Positions 19,194 to 27,705 of a DNA stretch of 64,000 bases are shown one piece after another (the stretch's first letter is position 1; every line of letters starts with the position of its first letter). The notes beneath the pieces are model-generated. The model did no database searches, was not told the origin of the DNA, and saw only the letters and a list, made by a program, of their open reading frames with translations. Location of the stretch: IMG/VR virus record IMGVR_UViG_3300027566_000003, one strand, 5' to 3'. Made by a program: the position numbers and the translations under genes. This DNA comes from a virus (taxonomy: Duplodnaviria; Caudoviricetes).

Positions 19194-20231
19194 TTACCTC
19201 CTTTTAGCAGAACTCATAGTTCTACTTCGCATACTTCTTCCCATACTTCCAAGTCTACCATAACCAATAAGTTTTCTAGGATTTAAACCATATTTGATCT
19301 CTTTAAACATTTGTACAGGGTTTGGACTTTGATGTCCAAAACTGATCCAATTTTGTACATACGAAGGCGCTTTAAGCATGAATGAACCACAAGATATACA
19401 GAGCATGATATGATATAATTCTCCATGAGATGATTTAGATATAGATGAATTAAATCCTAACCAAATAACCATGATTATCGCATGAATGATAGGTGCTTGT
19501 AGATTATCTAATAATTCATCTATCCATATTTGTCTCATATTTTGATGTTTAGGGAACAACCATAAGAAGAAAAATATTGGTGCTGTAGCAATAAGAAACA
19601 TAATAGAAATCATTCTCATGAAATAAAACCATATGAGATTTATTAAGATTAATGCAAAAATTAGAGTGAATATAATTAATCCAAAACCATACTGAGGAGT
19701 TAGAGATTTTATCATTTCTGCTTCTGAACCACCAATAGAGAGAATTGCTATAGTGAATTTGTTAACGACTTCTATTAAAATGGGTAATACCATTATGACA
19801 ATATTTATAATGATCATAGATTGAACTATTTTTACACAATATTCTGTAGATTGATATTTATTACCTTTATTTGCAATTTGCATTATTCCAAAATATACTA
19901 TTCCTGCAAATGTGAAAGATATTATGATTTTTAAGAAGAAAAAATATAGAGTTAATATTGTGGGATTTTCTGCTAATACATTTGGTGTGTGAAGAAATAA
20001 TTGTGCAAAGTTTTGTACTAATGAATCAGTGATAAAATGTTCAAGTTTCCCATTTACTGTAGAAATGTCATTAGATGTGGGTGCTTTAACTAGTGCATCA
20101 TGAACATTTTGTACTGTTTCTGGTGATGGTGAATTAAACAATACTTCATGCACTTTATTAATTGTTTCTGTAGAGGGAGGAGTGATGAAAAATTTAACAA
20201 CAGCATCTCCTACTTCTCCAATAGTAAGCAT
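19194..20231 (-). CDS. VirB6/TrbL-like polytopic membrane protein
   Basis: About 5-6 TM helices with YFMR...I..L...API...LW..P...W motif; operon position. Confidence 0.65.
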   Translation of the reverse strand: MLTIGEVGDAVVKFFITPPSTETINKVHEVLFNSPSPETVQNVHDALVKAPTSNDISTVNGKLEHFITDSLVQNFAQLFLHTPNVLAENPTILTLYFFFLKIIISFTFAGIVYFGIMQIANKGNKYQSTEYCVKIVQSMIIINIVIMVLPILIEVVNKFTIAILSIGGSEAEMIKSLTPQYGFGLIIFTLIFALILINLIWFYFMRMISIMFLIATAPIFFFLWLFPKHQNMRQIWIDELLDNLQAPIIHAIIMVIWLGFNSSISKSSHGELYHIMLCISCGSFMLKAPSYVQNWISFGHQSPNPVQMFKEIKYGLNPRKLIGYGRLGSMGRSMRSRTMSSAKRR

Positions 20232-20261
20232 AAAACCATCTCTTTTCTATATTTAATATAA

Positions 20262-20513
20262 TTAAAATTTAGGCAATGTTGGAAAAATTCCTTTGAGTAG
20301 TTTCCATAAAATAAATATAACCCAGGGGCCTACGATAATGGTTATACAGCCTCGAATAACCGATTCCTTTAATTCCTTGGCCTGTGTCTTCCAATTTCCA
20401 TTTCCAATTATATCCATTATTCCTGACCAGACGATCATGCACATAGCCAATCCTCCACCAACAGCAGTCATAGCCAAACATATCTTCATTGACCAACTTA
20501 AAAATTCATTCAT
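20262..20513 (-). CDS. VirB2/TrbC-like pilin-type small membrane protein
   Basis: AAAGGAGG RBS before the ATG at 20513; 83 aa with two hydrophobic helices split by a K..AK..K loop; first gene of the operon. Confidence 0.6.
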   Translation of the reverse strand: MNEFLSWSMKICLAMTAVGGGLAMCMIVWSGIMDIIGNGNWKTQAKELKESVIRGCITIIVGPWVIFILWKLLKGIFPTLPKF

Positions 20514-20770
20514 GATAAATCCTCCTTTGAAAAAGATTACAGCGAAAGTCGCCCCACGCATTCTTATAAAGAGATTCTTTATAAGAAGAGTTCATTTTTT
20601 GAATTTGAAAACCATTGCGTACCAATGGTTGTAGGATTTAGGGTGTGTTTTAGGTAATACAATAGGTTAATATAGGGTTCTTGTCTTAAAAATTTCAGAA
20701 TTCATGTATATTCGACAATATTTTGGACACAATATGATTTAACAAATTAAATTTAAGGAGCGTGAAATAT

Positions 20771-20881
20771 ATGTTTGTAGTATTTTCTTTAATTGGATCG
20801 GTAGTTGGAGTTGGATTAATAGGTTATGGTGGGAGTCAGTTAATCGATATAGCACATCAATTAGTTAAGCTTGCACAATAA
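20771..20881 (+). CDS. 36-aa hydrophobic peptide (type I toxin-like or exclusion peptide candidate)
   Basis: AAGGAG RBS; MFVVFSLIGSVVGVGLIGYGGSQLIDIAHQLVKLAQ; followed by its own terminator. Confidence 0.55.
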   Translation: MFVVFSLIGSVVGVGLIGYGGSQLIDIAHQLVKLAQ

Positions 20882-20893
20882 GCCCTTTCGCAA

Positions 20894-20921
20894 AACCCTC
20901 TTTTGAGGGTTATTTTTTTTT
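20894..20921 (+). terminator. Intrinsic terminator
   Basis: AACCCTC-TTTT-GAGGGTT followed by a long T run. Confidence 0.8.
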
Positions 20922-20957
20922 GCAATTTTTTCTTAATTTATACATAAAACTCACTCC

Positions 20958-21197
20958 TTAAATATCCTTAATTTCATTAATGCCTAATTCACTAATATAA
21001 TAAGTTTTACTTTGTCTTTCTTTATAACCATTTTTAACCATACCTATATTACACAAGTGCATCAAATTATTGCGTACCCTTAGATTGTTCAATCCTACAT
21101 CTTTTGAGATATTACTAATAGTACGACTGTTGATTGGATCAATTAAACCATCTTTGAGCAATAATTTAAGAATATCTATCTCTACTTTGTTTAGCAT
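20958..21197 (-). CDS. Small winged-HTH DNA-binding protein
   Basis: I.ILKLL...TISNISKDVGL...VRNNL..L...G.V..G.....KTYYISELG. Confidence 0.65.
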   Translation of the reverse strand: MLNKVEIDILKLLLKDGLIDPINSRTISNISKDVGLNNLRVRNNLMHLCNIGMVKNGYKERQSKTYYISELGINEIKDI

Positions 21198-21547
21198 CAG
21201 ATTAAATCACCTCCTATTATAATGTTTGATAAAGTATGATAATGTTCAATAACCTGTGATATGTTTTAATATAGTAATGAGCGATTGTACAATATTCTAT
21301 GTAATAAATTCCAATTATCACAAATCACAGATCATAAAACCATCAAATATCTCATTCTAAACACCCTAAAACCCCTCACGAAATCACACCCTTATAAAAT
21401 TACACTCCAAAAACTTTTGCTCTCAACCTGACTCGATAAATTCATCAAATCATGAAAATTGCTAAAATAGTTAAAAATCCATCCTTTGAAACCCTTGATA
21501 TAAGCAGGTTTGAGAGATGGTAAAAATAGATAAAAACATCAACTTTA

Positions 21548-21625
21548 ACCTATATAGAACTATATACTCAAATATATAGTCAACAACCTTAACCATATAC
21601 AAAACTATATTGTTTCTATATAGTC
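21548..21625. repeat. parC-like array downstream of parR: six nACTATATAGTn-like units
   Basis: Cores CTATATAG, CTATATAC, ATATATAG, CCATATAC, CTATATTG, CTATATAG at ~10-12 bp pitch, with one 21-bp gap. Confidence 0.6.
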
Positions 21626-21672
21626 ATAAATTAATCCCCACAATCTCAACAAAAACAAAAAGCTCCGATTAT

Positions 21673-22035
21673 CTAATCAGAGCTTTGGCAAATATCATTT
21701 AAAAATTTATTAATTTTAGTTTTTGGTTTTGTCTCAAATTCTTTAATCTCATTTCCATTTTCATTAACAATCTCGGGTTTCTCAGTTTGTACTAATACTT
21801 TTCCTTTTAACGCTTCTTGAATTTGAGTTTTAATTTCTTGCTTAATCGTTTCAGATAATTCGATATTTCCATTGGCTTTTTCTCCTTCGCTAATTCCAAG
21901 ATATTCTCTAATCTTATCTTTTACCCATTTGCTAAAATTATCAGTTCCATTATTAGCAAATTCCCATTCCTTACTTTCTTCTACGATGTTAAAATAAACT
22001 AATTTCCCTTTACCTGATTCTTTTGATTTTCCCAT
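21673..22035 (-). CDS. ParR-like adaptor (RHH-type DNA-binding protein)
   Basis: Small gene overlapping the parM 3' end; NFSKWVKDKIREYL motif; probable start ATG at 22035. Confidence 0.6.
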   Translation of the reverse strand: MGKSKESGKGKLVYFNIVEESKEWEFANNGTDNFSKWVKDKIREYLGISEGEKANGNIELSETIKQEIKTQIQEALKGKVLVQTEKPEIVNENGNEIKEFETKPKTKINKFLNDICQSSD

Positions 22036-22916
22036 GAAGCCACCGCCATTTTCAAGAATCCTCTTGAATTTGCCCACACTGGATTATTCACAGTTTTTGA
22101 ATTAGGAAATTCTTTTTTGAAATATTCTTCAAGTAATATAGAACCTCCACCTGCTAATATCAGTATATCATCTTTTTCTAAATCCATCCAGAAATTAGAA
22201 CACTCAGATATAATTTTATTATACCAATCTTCAAGTTGATCAGGATTTGGGTTTTTACTATTGCATATATTTTTAGTTAATTCTAACATGCCAATTTCTA
22301 AAGTGGTTGATTGAGAATTTATCCATCCCTGATTATCCATTACTCCAATATTTGTTGTCTTTGAACCTAAGTCAATTATTCTAATCCTTTCTTCTGTATA
22401 TTCAGCATCATCATTTATACTTCCATCTTGGTTTAACCACATATCCCACACACTACCGCCACCTTCAGGGATGATAAATAAATGATTTTTAAGTATAGTA
22501 AATTCATTAATTAAACCTTCATTGATAGATATTTTATAAGTCCCACAAAGTAAATCACTAAAGTCTTTTCTTATCTTTGGTGTATACTGATTTATAGGTA
22601 AACCAACTCCAATAATCGGTAATTTATCTTCACATAAAATTCCAATTCCTGTAGCAAAAATAATTTTTGTTTCTAAGTTAAGTTTACTTATAGTAGTTTT
22701 TTGTCTTTTGATACGTGATTCTCTTTTTGCCAAATCACCAACAAAATATTTTTTACCATTAAACTCTATTCTATAATTATTATTACTTCCATCACTTAAA
22801 TGAAGATTGTTCCAGTTCCCTACTTCATTAGGGATTTTAACATTTAGATTTTCATCAATCCAAAACTTACCTTTGTCTCTTCCAATATCTGCCCCAATGA
22901 CTTGTTGACCAATCAT
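21999..22916 (-). CDS. parM: ParM/StbA-family actin-like partition ATPase
   Basis: Actin-fold motifs: IGADIGR..GK (phosphate 1), IPEGGG, IIDLGS.TT (phosphate 2), LAGGGS (adenosine), WAN.RGF. Confidence 0.85.
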   Translation of the reverse strand: MIGQQVIGADIGRDKGKFWIDENLNVKIPNEVGNWNNLHLSDGSNNNYRIEFNGKKYFVGDLAKRESRIKRQKTTISKLNLETKIIFATGIGILCEDKLPIIGVGLPINQYTPKIRKDFSDLLCGTYKISINEGLINEFTILKNHLFIIPEGGGSVWDMWLNQDGSINDDAEYTEERIRIIDLGSKTTNIGVMDNQGWINSQSTTLEIGMLELTKNICNSKNPNPDQLEDWYNKIISECSNFWMDLEKDDILILAGGGSILLEEYFKKEFPNSKTVNNPVWANSRGFLKMAVASWENQKNQVKGN

Positions 22917-22935
22917 ATTGATTCCTCCTCGATAA

Positions 22936-22981
22936 AACTATATAGTTGACTATATTGTACACCATATAGTTCATTTGTCAA
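22936..22981 (-). promoter_or_regulatory. parMR promoter overlapped by three in-phase 12-bp parC-like repeats
   Basis: Minus-strand TTGACA (22976-22981), 16-nt spacer, TACAAT (22954-22959). Units AACTATATAGTT, GACTATATTGTA and CACCATATAGTT at 22936-22971. Confidence 0.7.
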
Positions 22982-23012
22982 AGTGGAAAATTAGGGATAT
23001 ATGTTTATTTTA

Positions 23013-23056
23013 ACCTCTCTTACCTCTCCCCTATCACCTCTCTTACCTCTCCCCTA
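23013..23056. repeat. Tandem 21-bp polypyrimidine repeat (period 23)
   Basis: ACCTCTCTTACCTCTCCCCTA at 23013-23033 and 23036-23056. Confidence 0.85.
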
Positions 23057-23079
23057 CTGACATATATTTACAATATTTA

Positions 23080-23127
23080 ATGTTCCTTTCGTTTAGTTTG
23101 TTTCTACATATTGTACGAAAGGAACAT
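23080..23127. other. Candidate attP site of the large serine recombinase
   Basis: 13-bp perfect inverted repeat ATGTTCCTTTCGT / ACGAAAGGAACAT with a 22-bp spacer (48 bp total), just upstream of the integrase. Confidence 0.5.
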
Positions 23128-23139
23128 ATATGGTATGCT
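23111..23139 (+). promoter_or_regulatory. Integrase promoter overlapping the candidate attP arm
   Basis: TTGTAC, 17-nt spacer, TG-extended TATGCT. Confidence 0.55.
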
Positions 23140-23194
23140 TGTATTAAGTATTTAATGCTAATTATATCATATAAAACTTTGGAGGAATTCATAT

Positions 23195-24787
23195 ATGGCA
23201 AATTTAAGAGCAAAAACAAAAATTATAAATATTGATCCCAATAAAGTTGCTATTTATGTTCGATGGTCTACAGACGAGCAAGCAGAAGGAACAACATTGA
23301 CAATTCAACTTGAACGTAGTAAACAATTTATTCTATCACAGGGCTGGACTATTAGTGAAGATTTAATTTATATTGATGAGGGATATTCAGGAGGAACATT
23401 AGATAGGCCTGCAATAAAAAAACTTCGTAAAGATGTAGATAATGGCTTAATAGATTGTGTTGTGATATTTAAATTAGACAGACTTTCTAGAAATATCGTC
23501 GATACAGTAAATTTAGTCCTAGAAGAATGGGATGACACAGCATATATAAAAAGCGTAACAGAGCCTTTCGATACTAGTCAGCAAATAGGAAGACAAATTC
23601 TTACTATGCTTGCTGGATTTGCAGAATGGGAAAGATACAATATTAAATTAAGAACATTTGAAGGGAAAATTGAAACCGTAGAAAAGGGATTCAGTCCAGG
23701 AATCAAACCTCCTTTTGGTTTCCGCATTGGAGAAAAAACAGGTACATTTGAAATAGTTGAGCAAGAAGCAAATATTGTAAAGAGAATATTTAGAGAATAT
23801 AGAAACGGTAAAGGCACAAGTCTTATATGTACAGAATTAAACAATGAAGGAATTCAATTTGGAGTAGGTAAAAAATGGAACTCTAATACCATTGCATATA
23901 TGCTTTCTAATCAATTATATATTGGAAGATTGATATATGGCAAACTACAAAACAATCCTAAACGATTAAAAAAAGATGGTGAACCATATCGTAAAAGAAG
24001 AGATGTAGAAGATATTATGGTTAAAGATTTAACAGAAGAGGTAATTACACCAATTATTACTGTAGAAGAATTTAACTTAATCCAAAAGATAAGAAAATCA
24101 AGGAATGTATTTATGGAGCATAAAACCTCTGGTAGAATATTTACTAGTCCACATTTATTATCTGGATTGTTGAGATGTAAACAATGTAACTATGGATTAA
24201 TAGCTAGAGGGAAACAAAAGGGTGATAACCATAGTTATTATGTGTGTAGAGGTAATAAACAGAAAGGAACTGGATTCTGCAATGCAGGATATATTAGGCA
24301 GGATAAATTAGATAAATTAGTTTCTAAACGATGTGCTGATAGATATTTAAGTGAGGAAATGTCTTTGATTGATGATTTTCTAGAACAAAATAAAATTCGT
24401 TTAAGTGAATTAAATACTTCATTAATTGAAGTAGATACTTCCTTAAAAAGACTAGAAAAGGAGTTTGAGAATATTAAACTTAAACTCAGGAAAGATAATT
24501 TAGACGTAAATACTTTTAATATGATTAAAAACGATATTGATAAAGAAGAAAAAGGATTAAAAGAAAAAAAAGAAGTCATGATTGAGGAAATTAATAAAAT
24601 TAATGCTAGTAAACAAGACGATAAAGAAATTAAGGAATTATGTTTGCAATTTAGTAATTGGGAATTAATACCACTAGAAATTAAAAAACAAATATTAAGA
24701 AAATGTATTGATTATGTTTTAGTTTATAAATCAAAAGGGAAAGAAACAGAAAAAACTGTGTTTGATTATCATATTGAATGGAAATAA
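23195..24787 (+). CDS. Large serine recombinase (integrase)
   Basis: AIYVRWST..Q (catalytic Ser), DEGYSG...DRP, KLDRLSRN; recombinase domain; zinc ribbon LSGLLRC..C...YY.C...C; coiled coil. Confidence 0.92.
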   Translation: MANLRAKTKIINIDPNKVAIYVRWSTDEQAEGTTLTIQLERSKQFILSQGWTISEDLIYIDEGYSGGTLDRPAIKKLRKDVDNGLIDCVVIFKLDRLSRNIVDTVNLVLEEWDDTAYIKSVTEPFDTSQQIGRQILTMLAGFAEWERYNIKLRTFEGKIETVEKGFSPGIKPPFGFRIGEKTGTFEIVEQEANIVKRIFREYRNGKGTSLICTELNNEGIQFGVGKKWNSNTIAYMLSNQLYIGRLIYGKLQNNPKRLKKDGEPYRKRRDVEDIMVKDLTEEVITPIITVEEFNLIQKIRKSRNVFMEHKTSGRIFTSPHLLSGLLRCKQCNYGLIARGKQKGDNHSYYVCRGNKQKGTGFCNAGYIRQDKLDKLVSKRCADRYLSEEMSLIDDFLEQNKIRLSELNTSLIEVDTSLKRLEKEFENIKLKLRKDNLDVNTFNMIKNDIDKEEKGLKEKKEVMIEEINKINASKQDDKEIKELCLQFSNWELIPLEIKKQILRKCIDYVLVYKSKGKETEKTVFDYHIEWK

Positions 24788-24817
24788 GAAACCGTAGGAA
24801 TTAACCTACGGTTTCTT
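24786..24817. terminator. Bidirectional terminator
   Basis: Perfect 13-bp stem AAGAAACCGTAGG/CCTACGGTTTCTT. Confidence 0.8.
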
Positions 24818-24962
24818 TAAATATTTCGTTATTATATTTTATGTCATTTCTTTTCTTCAACTCTTCTAAAACAAGTTTGGCAATAGTTTCTTTATATATC
24901 CTTTTACCCTCTTGAACGCTTTCAGGATCAGGAGTACAACCTTCTGTATAAGTTATAATCAT
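24801..24962 (-). CDS. 53-aa protein convergent with the integrase; candidate recombination directionality factor
   Basis: GAGGTGA RBS; MIITYTEGCTPDPESVQEGKRIYKETIAKLVLEELKKRN...; not in the ORF track. Confidence 0.45.
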   Translation of the reverse strand: MIITYTEGCTPDPESVQEGKRIYKETIAKLVLEELKKRNDIKYNNEIFKETVG

Positions 24963-25013
24963 CTCTTTCACCTCGATAATATGTATAACAATTAGTATTC
25001 GTATTACTCACTT

Positions 25014-25058
25014 AAAGAATTATCCAAACCCACTGCCTATCACAGTAGACTTGGATAA
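25014..25058 (-). terminator. Terminator ending the long minus-strand early/middle region
   Basis: TTATCCAAGTCTACTG / CAGTGGGTTTGGATAA stem with G-U pairs, followed by TTCTTT. Confidence 0.65.
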
Positions 25059-25085
25059 TATTATTTTAATATTTATATTTAGATC

Positions 25086-25736
25086 TTACATTCCATAAAT
25101 CTTTGCATGATTTTGAATTAAGTTTAATATCTCTCTATAAGCATTAATAAGATTCTTATATGTCCCATAATCTTTGTTTTCTCTAGTTGCTTGCAATTTA
25201 GGAGTAAGGGCATCAATCTCATCTACAAGAGTTTTCATTACTTTTTCTTTAAAAGACAAAGCATTATCTTCTTGTTTTGGAGTATAAAATCCAGTAATAA
25301 TATTAAATCCTGCATCCTTAATTTCTTGAATGTTTGTTACTCCTTCATCAACTACAATATCTTTTATGTATAAATCACCATTAGGTTTACAACCTCTTCT
25401 TAAAGAATTAATATCTGAATCATAAATTTCTTGATAATTTTCACGTATTTTTATTAATCCTGCACCAACCATTGATGGTTCTATTACACCATATCCATGT
25501 TGTTTTGCAAAACTAATAAGTTCATGTGTTTTACCAATGCCTCTTAACCATTGAGTATGTACTAGTTGATTTGTTTGTGATGCTAATTTAAGTTTATTAA
25601 CAATAATATTATTTAGATTAAAGTCAGCATAATAAATTTTGTCTGATTCAACGGAAATCCAATTATTATTAGGATCAAAATGAGATTTTTGTGCCTCTAT
25701 ACTTTTAAATTCACTACCATCTAATAAATACAACAT
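25086..25736 (-). CDS. Hypothetical phage protein with a P-loop-like motif
   Basis: RGIGKT and VVDEG motifs. Confidence 0.45.
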   Translation of the reverse strand: MLYLLDGSEFKSIEAQKSHFDPNNNWISVESDKIYYADFNLNNIIVNKLKLASQTNQLVHTQWLRGIGKTHELISFAKQHGYGVIEPSMVGAGLIKIRENYQEIYDSDINSLRRGCKPNGDLYIKDIVVDEGVTNIQEIKDAGFNIITGFYTPKQEDNALSFKEKVMKTLVDEIDALTPKLQATRENKDYGTYKNLINAYREILNLIQNHAKIYGM

Positions 25737-25846
25737 ATTTTATCTCTCCTTGATGTCGGTCATCACCCAAATTTATTATATAAACGTCCAATAGGAAGAC
25801 GTTGATACCAGTTTTTACTTGTTACCCTATCTTATTTGTTTTAAAT

Positions 25847-26570
25847 TTAATCTTTATATTCTTCTTGGAATCTTTCATCCATCTCATTTTGCATATCAAT
25901 AGTAATATTATTTTCAGTTATCCATTTTTCCATATCTCTATATGATTTAATGTCTTGTGCGTACCCTTTTAAATCTATTTCTGAACCTATTTGAAGTATG
26001 TATTTAGAATATATTTTATATTGTTCTTCTGTGTAAGATATATGAACCACCTCCTTTCAAGTATAATATCTCTTATCCACCACACTTAGGACAAATAACC
26101 ATTTTCTCATAACTGTTTCTACCAAAATGTTCTCCTCTAGATTCACTAACTTCTTCTAACTCACTTCTGCATACTTTACATAAATTATTATCTTCACAAT
26201 ATTTATCATTAATATCTGATAAAATTATAAGTAAAGATTCTCCACTAATAATCTTCTTTACATCTACTAACCCATTTACTACAGCAAGAAATTCAGGACT
26301 CTCTATTGGGAAGTTTAAGATATCTTCAATATCAACATAATTTTCATTATATATTTTATTTTTGTCGTTATTACTACCATCCAATGAAAGTTCGCTTTTA
26401 TCATAAATATCATCACCTAAAACCCTTGCTACAGGCTGATTGTACGATTGTGAATTTATAGAATTTAGTATTTTAAGTTCATTATAGAGGTCTTCACATG
26501 GATATATGCAATAATTATCTCTTTTGCATTTTCCACATGCCTCTAGTGGGAATAATTTGTTAAATTCCAT
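25847..26570 (-). other. Two hypothetical ORFs (25847-26050; 26073-26570 with Cys clusters)
   Basis: ORF track; RBSs present; CxxC motifs in the larger ORF. Confidence 0.45.
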
Positions 26571-26599
26571 ATGTATTTTTGTCTCCTTTTTATTTTATA

Positions 26600-27178
26600 T
26601 TACAATAATTTATTTCCTACATCTGTCCAATTCCATAATCTTTCATAATCATTTGTTTTACTCCATGGATAATCTTTGCCAAATACATATTTGTTTATAG
26701 CATTACTTGAAATTAAATTGTCGGCATGATCGTCTATAAATATTGATTCGGGATAATCCATTTTAACTATCTCTTTATTCATTTTGATTCCTTTATTATA
26801 CAATAAAACATAATCCTTAATAAAAGGTAAAGTTTCTTGTAGGTATAATGCTTTTAGAGATAAGTTAATAGGTGTTCCAATTGATACAATAATAATGTGA
26901 TATTTTTCATTTAACTCTCTTGCGATTTCATATGTATTCTCATTTATAAGTTTTAGTAGTTTAAAGAATATTGGAGTTTCAAATATTTCTAACACATCTG
27001 ATTCAGACTTAAGAAGTTTACACTGATCATGCATGTTCCAAGTATCTACTAGCTCCCAGTTTGCAGGAGTAAAGTCTTTATGATATTTATAAAGAAAATT
27101 ATAACTCTCACAAAATGATTTAGTGCTTGCAGTCAAGGAGTTATCCATGTCTAGATAAATTTTCATTTTACTCATCAA
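26600..27178 (-). CDS. 5'(3')-deoxyribonucleotidase (HAD, NT5C-like)
   Basis: YLDMDNSL (motif I), IFIDDH (motif IV), YPW. Confidence 0.8.
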   Translation of the reverse strand: MMSKMKIYLDMDNSLTASTKSFCESYNFLYKYHKDFTPANWELVDTWNMHDQCKLLKSESDVLEIFETPIFFKLLKLINENTYEIARELNEKYHIIIVSIGTPINLSLKALYLQETLPFIKDYVLLYNKGIKMNKEIVKMDYPESIFIDDHADNLISSNAINKYVFGKDYPWSKTNDYERLWNWTDVGNKLL

Positions 27179-27705
27179 AATATCTCCTTTAATTTATTTT
27201 CCAATTCTTCAATTGTTCCATTATTTTCTATAATATAATCAAAATTAAAATTGTCTAAATCTGATTCGGAAACATGTTTTTTATGATTTTTGTCTTTTAT
27301 AGCATCGAAATTAGGTCTTATTATTCTAATTGTAGTAATATCATCAATTATTTTTTGTTTCCAAAGTTCTACAAAATAATCATAATTAACTTTTTCTCTA
27401 AAACTTTCTACAATTGCTACTGTATTTTTATTTACATAAGGTTGAATATCTCTTTCCCATACCCTTCTCGCCATATGATATGGATAAAACTCTGTACCAA
27501 TACGATAAACTTCACCCATGAATATACGACTTTCTAATGTATCTATTCCATCCCAATAGAAGTCATCTTTTGCAATTTGTCTTATGTATGTTGATAAACT
27601 ACATCTGATTACATGTTTATTTTGTGATTGTAGGATTTGTTCTAATATTTCTGAAGAAGTCCCTTTGCCAGAGTGTGATTTTCCACTTACTAAAATGATT
27701 AACAT
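27175..27705 (-). CDS. Deoxynucleoside-monophosphate kinase-like protein
   Basis: SGKSHSGKGT P-loop; HVSESDLD.F.FDYII.NNGT. Confidence 0.75.
   Translation of the reverse strand: MLIILVSGKSHSGKGTSSEILEQILQSQNKHVIRCSLSTYIRQIAKDDFYWDGIDTLESRIFMGEVYRIGTEFYPYHMARRVWERDIQPYVNKNTVAIVESFREKVNYDYFVELWKQKIIDDITTIRIIRPNFDAIKDKNHKKHVSESDLDNFNFDYIIENNGTIEELENKLKEIF

Noticed and set aside
20520-20770. oriT assignment (GCGAAAGTCGC mini-palindrome and G-rich tracts)
   Set aside because: The repeat is only 4 bp and I cannot match it to a nic consensus I trust; the oriT remains unlocated.
24963-25010. SigK-like promoter (AC-N17-CATATTAT) for the candidate RDF
   Set aside because: The -10 element abuts the RBS, so the start site would fall inside the Shine-Dalgarno sequence.
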